In this document: one piece after another, positions 15,101-31,022 of the stretch
Position numbering within the stretch: position 1 is the stretch's first letter
Layout: every line of letters begins with the position of its first letter
Source: Pocillopora damicornis
Lineage: Eukaryota
Length of the DNA stretch: 64,000 nucleotides
Assembly (NCBI RefSeq): GCF_003704095.1
Contig: NW_020843402.1
Coordinates: 620,001-684,000, forward strand
Direction of reading: 5' to 3'
Notes under the pieces: model-generated
The model's database searches: none
The model's input: only the letters and a program-made list of their open reading frames with translations
What the model was told of the DNA's origin: nothing
Program-made: the position numbers and the translations under genes

Positions 15101-17956
15101 CTTTGCAAACAAAGCAAAATAAAACCAGGGCCAAAAAACATTTCCAGATAATGTGTTTGCGTTATCCAAGCTGTTCTCTCTGATGTACTCCGTATCATGT
15201 ACATCCTGTAAAAAACATGAAAATTTTTATTTTAAAAACTATTCCCACACAAATACATTTGTACATATATTCAAACGATGAATACTTTTGTTGCGCTGAT
15301 ACATCGATATATCAGCGGAGATTTTCTGAGATGATGGTTCACTGATAGTCTAAAACTAAACGAGAAACTGACATAATAAACAACTGAGCGAAATATTGAG
15401 TATTTCTTGGTTTCAGAGAATATGGAATTGAACACAAGCGAATAGTGAGGAAACTTCGAAGTGTAATATTATCTGAGAGAAGTGGATTTTCGTGTGTTTA
15501 TTAAAAACAAGAAGAAATGCTTGCGCCTCAAATCGTCAGGAAATTTAAATATTGTTATGTATTATTGAGTTATTTTTATTTTCGTAATCACCATTAACAC
15601 CATTTGAGGTCTTGTTAAATATAAGATTGGCAAATAGTACATATATTTACTTCGTTAACCAAATTTCAACCAGTTCGGTAAAGCTTTTTTGTTTAAACAG
15701 CGATTTTTTTCTCACACCATAGGTGTTGGGTTCATTTTCAAAACTGCCTCCGGTGATTCCTATTTCCACGATGCGCATAATGGGTGATTGAAAGTGTGTG
15801 ATGAAAATGCTTATTTCCATAGTAGGACAGATGTGTATGATCACAAGCCATTGTATTTTTGCCATAGGTAGCGGAAATATAGCCGAAAACATGAAATAAT
15901 TGCCACACAATGGCGGTACTTCTGTATCGACCAACAAAGATATTAAAGGTTTTTCAAAGGAAAAGTATATTAGAAAACCTAAGAAAACCGCCTTCCAAAA
16001 AGCAATTAAAGTGAAGCCACTACAAGATTTCTTTGCAATATCTAAATTATCAGGAATCATTTGTACAAATCTTTTCCGAGTGAATCTGATACGAATAGAA
16101 AAAATATATGTATATCGCGGTTTTAGAGGCAGACAAATGAATACAATCGTTGCAAAGGTGATCAGTTTTCCGTTGATTCCTTCCTGGAAATTGCGCCGTA
16201 AATTAACCCTAAAGATGACAAGAATTGATAACTACGCGCGGACCTTGTCAACTTTTAATAAACAAAGACGAGCTCAAAACGATTCAAAAAGAAAACCTGT
16301 GTATTGAAAGATTCCGTAGTTTTGTTCTTGTGTAGCCAAGAGGAAAAGCGAGACAGGTCTTTGGTTTGTTCATTGTATATTTCAATAATGCTTGTCAAAC
16401 TTCTTGTCTCGCGCTTAAAAATATCGAGCGATTCCGTGCAAGATTCATCTCCGTAAGTTGCATGCAATTTATTTCTTGGCATAAAGACGTTTTGTTGACA
16501 ATTTACGGTGTATTTATCTTATTTCATCAGATACATCAATGTAATGGGCCTATTTAGTCGCATCCTTTCGCGTCCGGCAAACTGCGTTTTTTTATCGCTT
16601 TTTTTGACATTCATAGTCAATTGAATTTTTAAACAGCTATTTTGAAAAGAAGTCTAGCCAATTTGCATTTTCCTGTGTTCATTTTAGATGCATTTCTTGG
16701 AAAGAAAAACTTAAAATTCAAAGATAAACTGAGTTTTTTTTTTCGTAAATTTTTCGGTTTCATAGTAAAACTCAGGTGGTCATAAAAAATCCCTGGGAAC
16801 CGAAGCGCTTTCGAGCGGTCTCTTTTATGGCTGAAGACACACGTACAATGGAGCTCTCTCTTTTGTCTATGTATGTGAAAAGACTGAATTACCACACAAA
16901 GACTGCGCACAACATTTAGCCTTTTATTGACTGTGTAAACTTAAATACAGCTGAAAATTCCCAGGGCAAAACAACACGGCCTCTAGAGATTGCATTCAAA
17001 CATTGTATACTGTTCGGGTTTATGCAATTGGCGTCGTAAATTAAAAATATTATGCTCTAGTGCGTCGCGAGATTTTTCTGTTTTATGGGGGTGCACTTTT
17101 CCAAAGTGCTTGTTATGGTAACTCGGGCGTGTCTCTTGTAAACGCTTGTAAGTTGTGACTTCTCACAGCTGAGATTAAAAGGAAAGACTTATTCATTTGA
17201 GTTAGCACTTTTCAACAGTTCATCGCCTTATACAAGAATAGTTTGATATTACCTTAATAACTTAGTCAATGTACTCCGGGATTAAGACGCGAGAAATACA
17301 CGGGCCTGAGACAAAACCATTATTAGGAAACGCTTATATCTTGTATCAAACCGTTCTTAACTGAATGAGGCGATAGATTTACGCGAATTAACTTTGGAAA
17401 ATATACGCGAAGTCGTGTTCGTTTCGTCCAAAATGATTATGCGCCGAGAGTCTGCCAGGAACAATAGAAAAATTTGAATGTCGTTGAAGCGTGATCCATG
17501 AAAGTGTCTAGCAGAGACTGTTGAACAATATTACATTCTAAACTATTAGAAAAAATTTCAGGGAAATCTAACCTTCATTTATAATTTCAGAAACTTTTTA
17601 ACACTTTGCTTGTCTAAAAACTGACACGACGATCTTTTCTATAACTACTTTAAATACATTGAATCTTGTAACTAAAACCTTTAAATAAAATGTATTCAGC
17701 ATTGACTACACAACACCCGAGCTCAACTAGATTGCATCTATTAACTTCAAAAGATCGTTTTCGCTTTTTAATTACGTTTTAGTGCTAATGTCGGTTTTAA
17801 ACCTAGAATCAAACTGAAGAATCAAATCAGTTCAAACTGTTCTGCTTCTAGCAACTGCTTTTCGAACGAAAGGCATCTTTAAAAGAGTGTTTTTAAAACT
17901 TCTTTTCTCTGTGTAGTCCTTTAAGTAACTCCATTGACAGGCATTGTTTGTTAACG

Positions 17957-20566
<2,610 letters not shown>

Positions 20567-20805
20567 CTTACTCGCGGATATTTTTGGTGCTGAAATTTTA
20601 TTGCACGATGATTTCCAGCCGCAGCACAAAAACTTTAAGTCACCTGAGGCGCTGAACAAGGCTTTAGGGATGGTTTGATTGTGTAAGTTGCTGACACACT
20701 ATGGGGTCGGCCGCGATCCAACCGGCATACGTCCAAGTTGGGACTGTGACTTTATGCGTCACTGAGTTTCTTTACAAACTGTACATCGAAGCTCAGTGTA
20801 CCGTC

Positions 20806-20852
20806 AGCCAATCAGAGAACAGCCTGATAATAAATAAACTCATATCTATATT
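20806..20852. promoter_or_regulatory. Candidate Pitx proximal promoter (CCAAT box plus AT-rich element)
   Basis: agccaatcag NF-Y consensus at about 20806-20815, roughly 240 bp upstream of the Pitx ATG. Motif evidence only. Confidence 0.35.
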
Positions 20853-23800
20853 AATTACATTTTAACGCATTCAATTGTTTAGTTTGAAAAATACTTCGCA
20901 AATGTCAATTGCGGTGTGTGGCGCCGACCCTTTTGTGAGGTGCCGTTGGCTAATTATCTGCCGGAACACTTCATTGACGTCCTTGCGTCACACAGTAGTG
21001 AAAAAGCAAAGGAAACCACGGAAAGTTCAAAACGCGAAATCTTTATCGAAATGAACTCTGTCGGGTACACAAGGCAAAACAATTGACGTAGAGATGTTTC
21101 GGTAACTTTTTTGGATTGTTGACGTTAACGAAAGGCTGCACCGTTAAACCATGTCGAGGCTTGCCTTATAAAGTATCGTATTCCTAACAATGTGTAAATA
21201 ATGTTGACTGTATCAAGACGAACAGGCGAAACAACTTGACAAGAATTTGTTGATTAAATTTTATTCAAGTACTTTATTGTGGAGCTAATACGCTTTGATA
21301 GTAAGCCATCGAGTTATAATTAGCCATGCTGAGATTTGATTTGTAAACCGTTTGACTTTTAGCTAGCAAGAAGCTTTTTCTGTCACTCTTGTCTAGCTTA
21401 CAATGGTGAACTCAAGTACATTGAGGCCTTTGTCAAACAGTTTGACGATAAATGATTCGGCGATAAAAATCGACCACAATTGAAATTCATGACATAAAAT
21501 TGTCAAAAGAAGACGATCGATATTTCTTTTTCGCCTTAAAGTCACGGAGTTACCTGTTTTCTCACTTCTTACTGATTAGATTTCTGCATGTTTGTTTAAC
21601 GCACAAAGGCAAAATTTTCGAGAAGTCAAAACTTTATTAAAGTTCGTGTATCGATTAATTCGTTATAAAAGACAGTGCCGAGTAAACAGAACCTTTTGAA
21701 ACCGCTTTGTGTTGTCTACAATAAATAGTTTATTAAATTCGGTCTTGGCGCCTTCCGCAGATTTGTTTCATTCACGAAGTTTTCTTAAATTATTGGCTTC
21801 ACAATGGAGTTTGGATTTGCGAAAAAAACTGTAAGATTCAAAATTGTAACTTGCGCTAAATGCGATTCATAGCTCATTTACAAAGTACTTTCCGATTCCG
21901 AAAACTCTAACAAGACTCACGGTAATTTTTTCTTTAGACTTTTAAGGCAAATCTGGGCTTTTATTAAATTTGTTCGGGTGAGAAATGCTTCTTACGCCAA
22001 ACTTGTTAATATATTCATTATTTGCCGAGCCATAGACCCGCTACCGACAGCGCGGGTAATGTTTACAAAAACGGTTTTCACTTTTCCCTATTAGGTCAAA
22101 TAAATTAGAACAGTGACTCGATCTGATTTCAGTTAGGTTTTAGAGTGCTCGTGGCTTAGTGAAAAGCCTTTTCTTCGTTTTTTGTACACTTTCTAATCTT
22201 CTCATGGAGAAGAAAATTATATTCGTCAAATACTTAGGGACTATCCTTGTTGTCTGTCGGCTCGCTCTATCGCTTGCTAATTAGCTATTAATCTAGAGAA
22301 AAGCTAACAAAGATTTTTTTAATTAACTAGAAACACTTTGCAAAGTACAAGTGAAAGGTTTCTTTTCCTGAAGTAAGCTTGTGTCTCTGTGTGTTCAACT
22401 TAAACGTCCATTACCAAAAAAAAGCTGTCTTAATTGGAGTTTTAAAAGGAGATTGTGAGTTTTATACTGAGCTCTCTGCCGAGCGACAAGAAACAAAAGA
22501 ATCTATTGAGAAGGTACTATTTCAGCTTTTAAGTTTCCTTCCGAAAGGAACCGAACTACGGAAACCGTCATGAAGTTACGACACCGAGGTTCGATTTACC
22601 AACGGATAGGGAAGAACGTGAAACATGGAAGATGTTGAGTCTCTGTAACCACAAATCTTCCTGCACCACCGGCAAAAAAACACGGCGTGTAGATATATCA
22701 ATTTATAACACAGCACGATAGATATATAACCAGCTTTAGAACAACACTTTTTTTAATTTTCTTGTCATTCATCTTAAAGTTATTTGAAGGAAATCGAGAA
22801 CGACAAAATTCTGATCTACGTTTCTTTTTTAATTCAAGTTTGAGATTTCTTCTGGCTGTGAATAATTTAAAACCATCTGCAGTTCGGCACGTAGTATACA
22901 GAATAAATTGACAAATGTTTCACTGTACAATGGAGGAGTTATCCTTTAATTCAGAACTATAATTTCCATGTAGCATCCTGTATTTTCTCTGAGAGCATGG
23001 AAAATGTATTTCCCACACTAATATCTCATTTGTGATCAATGAAATAAATTGAATTTGTTTACAAGTAACGTGTCTTGTGTCTTTTCCAATACAATAGTTG
23101 TTACTTCCTGATTTCTCTGAAGGACGCAATTATCTAAAGAACCTTTTAGCGAAGACTTATAGCTAATAATTAATCTGTAATTACTGACTATCACATCAAC
23201 ACAATGTTGCTGGCCGTTGCACAATATATGTTTTCTGTGTAATTGGCAAAGTTAAATCAACTGTATTATATGTTGTTGTTTTCTTTTTTATATCTTCCAA
23301 GTTTAACAGACTGCATGTCTGTTGACATAACTCTGTGATGTTTTAAGTTGATATCTTCTTCTAGTATTTGTGAAAAGTCGATTTATTGTTTAAAATGCTC
23401 TGGCTTACATGATGATTTTTCAGTTTAGTCTTGGAAAAAAATTTCACTGCTGTCATTGATTTGGAGAACTATAAGATTTTCTGTCATCTACTCTGAGGCA
23501 CCCCCGAGGCACACCCGTTCCGAAGTTCTCCTAAATTTTAGTTCATTGAGAAAGGAATTCAAAGGAACATTGTCGTAAAGGTTTTCAGGAGAGTTTTAAA
23601 AATTGCTTAAGTCTTTAAATCTTTAATTGTAAACGATTTCATGGCTGAATAAAAGTTGACTTAAATTGGAAGGGCGTCGAAATTATGAGGAGTTATGTCC
23701 CTTCGTGTCCCAAGAACGTAAATTCTGGATTGGTCGGGACTGGTTTCAATTTTATTGAACATAAGAATTATTTCAAATCATTTTTGGCATTTTAAGACAA

Positions 23801-26773
23801 TTTCATGTAGCCAATGTTTCCTTTAAACCTTTTCTGCAACTTCTTGAATTCAAGATCATAGATGTACATTGAGCTTACTCATTTGAACCAATAAAGCCAA
23901 ACGGTATTTTCTGCTCTCGTAGTCTTGAGAATCCCATTTGCGACCCGTTCTACCGTGTATATCGCTTGGGAACAACAGTTAATAAGTTTTTACTCCAAAT
24001 AAAGTTAAAACTTTCTTACATGCTTGTTCGTGCATTGCAGTTTCTTTCGCCGTATACCGCAGAAAACTTTTGCGACCAAGGAATTTTTCCAATTAACAAG
24101 AAACCGCAGTCTATTGTAGCTCTCTTTGTTTTGTGGCTGATATCTCTTGTCGTGACGCGTTGACAAACATAGTGGATTGTCACATGTGATGACTGAGAGG
24201 ACATTGATCCGAAATTAAAAAGTTATTACCTCCTTCCAGTGGATTGCAGGAAATACAAACAAGGTATTGTTCCACTCAACTGACGTCTGACCGAGTCTAC
24301 AGCGAGGCAATAACGCGCGGTATAGCTCTCGCGGTTTACTAAAGCAATAACTTGAATAAAACAAAACAAAGGACCCTCAAGATGACAGATTTTCGGTTCT
24401 GTTAGCTTTGTAACTTGAAAACGTTGAATAAATTACGTGGGTCTGAGTCAATAAACGAACCCTTTTCAGGGACGTTGATTGACCTTGCCTTTGGTCTAAA
24501 CAAGAATCAGTGCATGATGTCGTTCCAAAGACGGAGCATTCTTATTCACAACCCGCTGTGCCTTATGTACCCTTCCTATTCAGTAAAACTGGTTTTTAGA
24601 GCTTAACCAATTTGTTCTTAACTGAGATATTTGCATGTCCATGCTTCGAATCTTCTGAATCCTAATAACTTTATCCAGTTTACATCCAAGGGCAGTTCAG
24701 TGCCTTTTATGCAAAAATCTGCCGGTAAGCGTCAGGTGCAAGTAAGAGCATTTCAATATCCACACAGCTACATGTAACAAATGCGAACATCATGTGGATA
24801 TGAACTCCCGGACAATGAACAAAGAAACCGAAGAATTTATGCTATGGTTCGCTTTTCACATTTCCCAAAACTTTTTAGATAAATCCGTTGCTGATACGGA
24901 CAACAGAATCATATCGATGTCTTGATTGCAAGAAAACTATGTTTCCAACACGGATTAAGATTTGACGAATTTGAACAAGTTAAACCCATTCATGTATTAT
25001 AACAACTTAAAATAAATTAGAATCCTTTTGTTGCAACAAACTTCTCTTCTGTTTAGTGGTCTAATAGTCCAGGTGTTTATTCCATACCCGCTAAGACTAC
25101 CGGCTTAGAAGATTATTTTGTTGACACTGTTAGATTTTCGTGTTATGCCTTTATTGTCCAAGGCCTGTACACTCCAGTAACCAATCCTAGTCACACGTTT
25201 TCGTCCTAATAGTTTTAAAACGAGTATCCAATGATACACATCTGAAGCTAAACCGGGGAAAGTGTGTCGACCTTGTTCAGCTGGGTTCGACTCAGCTAAT
25301 AGGAGACAAAATCTGAATTGACGCTTATTTTGAATGAATATGGCATTCAACGAGAACAAGCAAGGAGAGAGCAAACGTCTTTTACAAAACGTCAGTCAGC
25401 CACAAGTCGGCTTTGGGTCATTATCTGTTGCATTATTTGCAGTGTAATCCCAAGTAGCATCCTTTATATAGTTACGAGATTTTCATCGTTTGCTGCCAAA
25501 TTATGTATAGTTGCTTTCAGCGAGGATAAAACAGTATCAAACGAACCCATTTTGTGTTTCTTTAGTAACCAAAAATTAATTTTTGGAAGTCATCGAAGGT
25601 TTTACCTAATAACAGAACTCAAAGATCTATCGCCCGTTGAAGCAATTGAGAGAGGTCATCGAGCACTCTTACAAATCATGTGATAACTTGTTATTAAATA
25701 ACAAAATATACTTATAACTTTTAATTCTGTGAACTAAACACTTCATTGAAGTTATATAAGACTGTACTGGCCTTTATAGGTTTTAATTGTCTCCTAGTCT
25801 TCCACTTTATTATGATACAACTTATTAAAAAAACGCTTTTACCACTGAGAACTTCTGAATTTACTCTCACTTATTTTTTTTATCATGACGCTTATAACGC
25901 TTTGCTTTCGCTATCACTTTCGAGAGGCTATTGTAAAAACTTCATTTATTTGCTCTATAAACTGCCTCAACGGGATCTCTTTGAGTGATGGTTCTTTAAT
26001 GTAATCCACAGACTTGATAAAGGTTAGCATTTCAGAACCATTATTTCTATGAATTGCTATAAATGATTGAACTTGTTTTGAATCTGCAGACCCCACATAA
26101 TATATTCTTGATCAAAGTCTGCATGTTTACCCCTTGAGTAAACTTACTACATACGCTTTCTGACAAGGCTGCTTTAAGATGCCGAAATTAGCTTGAAATA
26201 CTTCCTTTTAGAGTAGCATAAAGTGGAGACAGGAAATGAAACTGTCCATGGCGGTGTCCTTTGAAATAGCCACCATCAACACCTTTTTGACGTCAGAGAG
26301 CAAATCGTTCACAAACGTGACCTTCTATTATTAGTTTTGTCGTTGCCCGTTCCATCAACAACATAAAATTACATGCACAAATCCTCGTGATATTTATTGT
26401 GTTACTCATTGACTCTATTCGCTAACGTTGATTTCGAGTAAGGAAGAAAGAGGTAACTTGCAATGTCTGCCGGGTGCAAAAGTTTCGGGTGTCGACGGAG
26501 CTAATATCCATTATTTCACAAGTTAGGCAAACACAATATTCTAAACACTTCTTAGTACATAGCAGGACTAATAATACTCCAATATGTCAACGCCAAACGG
26601 TTGTTTGCCAGGTGTAGAGATTCTTTAAATGTGTCAGGTTGGACTCGTCGCGTTACAAAAAATGCCTCTTGCCCAACCATCTCTTATGCTTCTTCTTCAG
26701 TTTTAAACTGCACGATACGGCTTGCTTTACAATTCCTTAAGAGCACACTATCTTTAATGTTATTTGTCACACG

Positions 26774-26981
26774 TTCTTTCACTCCCAAGATCTAATTAGT
26801 AATTCTCCTTTCTATCTGTCACACAATTCTTATGATGTCAGTTCAGAGAATTTGGTATTGGATCAACTGATGATCCCATGATTAATATTCTTCTCTATTC
26901 TCATCACCTACCTGCTTGATATTGTATTGATATTGTAAGGAGAAATTCTGTCTTGGTCACTTGTGGGAGTGAAACGGTTAA
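26774..26981 (+). mobile_element. ~200-bp piggyBac-like MITE copy
   Basis: Near reverse complement of 42572-42780 and similar to 56441-56620. Ends ctttcactccc...gggagtgaaacggttaa are short TIRs abutting TTAA. Confidence 0.65.
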
Positions 26982-27998
26982 CTAATTTTCGTTTGATGTT
27001 GACCTTCTTCATAACTGAAGAGGTTTGTGCTTCGTCAAGTCGAAGTTACGTAATATGTTCTAACGAGTGGTTTTCAGGAGCCTTTATTGTTGGCGTTCTT
27101 TTTTCAGTTCAAAAGAAAAACCTCAAAGAATGAGTATCTAGAAATTTTTTTTTCAGATTTAAGGAAAAATGGAATGTCGCAACTGTTGAGTTCTCAAGCA
27201 TTTGATGCGGCATTAATTACCTAAGCCTCTCAATAATTCTCAAAAGAAATGAATTCACGACTATTATTGTTGAGATTATTATTTTTACTATTAACATTAT
27301 TTATTGTTATTTTATCGTTCTCCTGTGTCAGTCTTAGTCTCCATATAGCAGAAAGTGGTTTATCATAATGAATTTGAGGCAGTATAAACTCAATATTGAT
27401 AACATAAAGGGACGTATAGAGAGAGATGTTGCATAATCTTGTTCCGATTTTTCTCTTTTCAATTTTACCGTACCTGTTTAAGATTTAATTTGACCATTCG
27501 ATCATTATTCAATGACCAATTGAAACAAAGAGCAAAGTTTTATTTTATTGTGGCCCATGATGTAATCTGATTACGCTCCTTAAATAATCAGGTGTTTGTT
27601 CCAATTCATAATTAATTTTTATATCAAAATTATGCAGATAGCATGAGTTGTAATTCATCTTAAACCACGAATTTAAAACCAGCGCTTATTTGTGGATGCT
27701 TAAATGCTGATGCTGCTTGACAAGTGTACTGCCTTCCAGTTATTTTATTCTCAAATACTTCATCAAATGTTTCCGCATCTTGCTGAAATTGGAAGGGATC
27801 CGTTGTTTGCAGTCTGAGCACGTCCCTGCACATTAATCCAATCCATTAAATCCTCTGGATTATCTGCTCAAAGTCTCTGTTGGTAAAGTTTGCGCACAAT
27901 ACACGTGGCTTGACATGCGGAACATATCACGTTTTCCAAAGCATTCAGCAAGTAAAAGCATTGCTACTCCCTCTCTCCTCCCATCGCTGTACCCTTCT

Positions 27999-28008
27999 NN
28001 NNNNNNNN
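27999..28008. other. Assembly gap (10 N)
   Basis: Run of n characters next to a poly-C tract. Confidence 1.
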
Positions 28009-29446
28009 CCCCCCCCTTTCCGCTTCCCCTTATCCCAAGCATTTATTTTGTCAGGTATTTTGGAGTGTTAGTTGTCTCATTTTCCTAAGACCGATTATTC
28101 GAAACACATGGAAAGGTGGAAATCCTAACCCTAAGCTAACAGTCGGAAATAATTGAAGGAAGAAATGTAAACAATGAAATTGTTGGTGAAAGCTATTTAA
28201 AAAAACCGTGTAACAAACTGGCTTAGGACCCACGCATGTGGTGAAGCTAGTGATCCCAACTCAGAATACAGTTGTTGCCCGCGCGCCGAATACAACAGCA
28301 TATGATTGTTTAAGGGAAAGTCTCAGGAAACATGAGGACTCTCGGGAAAACAAAACTGTTTCCCTCGGGACCTTACGCTAAGTGTAGAATGATAACCAGC
28401 TCTGAAATCTTTGTTCCCAGTTCCTTTCGTTAACTTTTATAAGGGCAAGAGGGGGAAGAAAGACACTGAGGCGAGGGAATCAAACTCCGTTATGGTTTTA
28501 CAAGGTTGAAAACAGCGTTCATTCCTTCATATACACAGAGAAACTTGAAGACACTTGTCCAGAATTTTACATCTCCCCAAGAATTCAGTTTTGTGCGTGA
28601 ACTGTGAGAAATTCATAATGATATTCACGTTAGGGTTTTAATTGCTTTTCAACAGACTCGGTTGCTTGGAAAACCAAGTGGCTCACGAAAACACGTGTGA
28701 TAATTTTTTGTTTCTACCGTAATTCGGCAGACTATTCTTGTAAAAACAGAATTAAATATGCTTTGTGTCTCGGTTAAAAAAAGCTTAAGAAATAAACCTT
28801 GACTTATGAGCGACTGAATCTATTTTTATGAGTGTTTCGACTTGTAAAGTTTCCTACTTGTCAAGGTAAGAAATGAGCATTAACAAACTCTTACTATGCT
28901 GAATCATTTTGGAATCCGCTGCACAAGCCAAATTCGATCTCATAATGGCATACTGACATGATATTGCTGATACGTTTTACTGATAAGAAATACCGCTGTA
29001 TCTGTAGCTCAGTATTTTGCGTCACATCGTTCAACTTCATTTAAATGCTTCGAATGTAAATCGACGTTGAAAAGATCAGTTTCTGAGTTAATTTTTGCAG
29101 AAAACTGAGAAGCGCATTTTTTTTATAGAAAGAAATCAAATAATGCATTGAGAGTCACGGTACAAAGCATGACATTACAGAATTAAGAGGAATAATGTTG
29201 TGATCATCGGGATTGCGCTCCACCAATTGGCGTTCTTCGTGTTCGTGTGAATTTGTTGTAATTCGTAGTATCAAAGGAAGATAAACTTTATCTTGGAAGC
29301 ATACTGATAATTTAAGAATCAGTAGCAAACAACATGAAGAGCTACTTGTTTTCCTTGTTGGACTAAATTTGCAAGAAGATCTCAACATTCAATCCAATGA
29401 TACTAAAAACACTACTCGAATCTGACAGGTGTGTTTACTTCGCAGG

Positions 29447-30740
29447 ATGTTTGCAAAAAAACAGAAAGTACTTCTATTCTCAGCTTTGATTGTTGCTTTG
29501 TGTATTATCAATTCTATGATAGCGAAAAAATGGATTCAAGGAGAAAAAAACAGAGTTAGAAAAATGCTGTGCTGAAGAGGAAAATATTTTGCATGATCTG
29601 TGAGACAGTGCTAACTGTAATCAGCTTCTTTTATACTGCTTGACGCACGGGGGATGGCATCAAAAAGCAGGTGTGACTAAAGAAAAGATTGACGATAGAC
29701 GAGAAGCAGACAAAGCGATTCTTGAAAACCTTGGATTTCCAAGAAAGTTTCCCAGAGAGGACAGCCGCTGTGGTCAAGTTTACCATCTTCCTTTCTCAGG
29801 TTTGGCATCACTGTGTGATGAAGAGAGTGAAACGCCATGTTGCAACGAAGGAACGGGACTCTGTGGGAATTCCAACGAGGATTGCACGTGCCCGAAATGT
29901 AGGGATTTTAATAAGTATATTGCAGGAGAGGTTGCCAAGTAGAAACCCTTATGCTCAAAGTGCCCGTATCAATCTTTTAACTGTGAAGAAGCTTGCGCTT
30001 TACTGGATGCGCATGTTTCGGAACTTGTTTTCGTTGGAGACTCATTCATTTCGACACCTTTTTGGGGCTGTCACTACTGCTTACTGGTGATCTATGGAAA
30101 GGCGCGCTAAGGAACAATCTCTCCAACATAGAAAGAGATCAGTGTAGTGGAGAACTGCAGTTTGTGGACAGAGGAAAACACTCCTGCCATCTTAAAACTA
30201 TTAAGGCTTGGGACGAATTTAGTGAAAATCAAGTGTGTGGTGGAAAGGCACAATTTAAGAGTTATTTATTTGAAGCTTACGATTTGCTCCAGCTCCCTCT
30301 CGCTGAAAAAGCCGTGACGAATCTTTTAGGAGAACCAGGGGCGATTCTCGTCCTTGGAGTTGGTATTCACATAAATTTGGGTTTAAATGCTACTAAGGTA
30401 ATTGCAAAATACCTAAGGCCTTTGCTTGCTTTGATTGAGAGTAGAGGAAATGGAAGACCATCGATAATTTGGGCGAATACACACCGATAATTTTTTAACT
30501 TCTGATAACTCAAAGAATTACGTGCCAGTTGGAAATTTCAGTCATGAAACGTCTAAGTTTTGCCGCGCAAGAAAGATTCTTGTCCTGGAGAAATCCACCG
30601 TTACTCGTTACATTAAGAGTAATGACAGGAGAAATTTTTGTTATGACGGGAACATGGAGAAGGTAGATATTTCTGAATTATTTGGAGAATCGAGATCAGA
30701 TATGTCAGCGTCCCCAAAAGTGATTTATTTCGCATTTTGA
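29447..30740 (+). pseudogene. Disrupted type II membrane protein: Cys-rich (chitin-binding type-1-like) module plus GDS/SGNH NXPE/PC-esterase-like domain
   Basis: N-terminal anchor MFAKKQKVLLFSALIVALCIINSMI; Cys module REDSRCG...CDEESETPCCNEGTGLCGNSNEDCTCPKCRDF; then AK*KPLCSKCPYQSFNCEEACALL...ELVFVGDSF. TAG at 29940-29942 sits where Trp is expected. Frameshifts occur near 29545, 30050, 30064 and 30490. The expected DxxH motif reads DRRN. Confidence 0.7.
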
Positions 30741-31022
30741 AATGAAATTGAAATGAGGTTTGAAAGGTTGAAACCTTTCGACTCGCATGATCCCCCCCGA
30801 CATCCTCGTTACCCTTTTACTGGTAAACAGGATACTATCAGCTTTTAGATTACTACCATGAAACAGTTCTATTGTTTATTTCTTCGACTCAGTTTCCACT
30901 TCCTTAGATAATGAATAATTAGCTATTAGTTTTAATTTTATTCGGATGTATCTAAACTTTGTCATATATCTGTCGTATTTTTCTCTCTGGTGAAACTCCT
31001 ATTAGGATTTAGGTAAGTAGAC

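Noticed and set aside
3400-17900. Many 60-140 aa ORFs in the ORF track
   Set aside because: No recognisable domains, AT-rich codon composition, mostly TTG/GTG starts and no consistent splice chain. This is what chance gives in non-coding DNA.
28121-28141. Telomere-like cctaaccctaagctaac (also near 497-515)
   Set aside because: Only 2-3 degenerate units, too short to call interstitial telomeric sequence.
28255-28392. Possible repeat fragment (ctcgggaaaacaaaactgtttccctcgggacc hairpin)
   Set aside because: It looks like a dispersed repeat remnant, but there is no second copy, TIR or TSD in the window to support a call.
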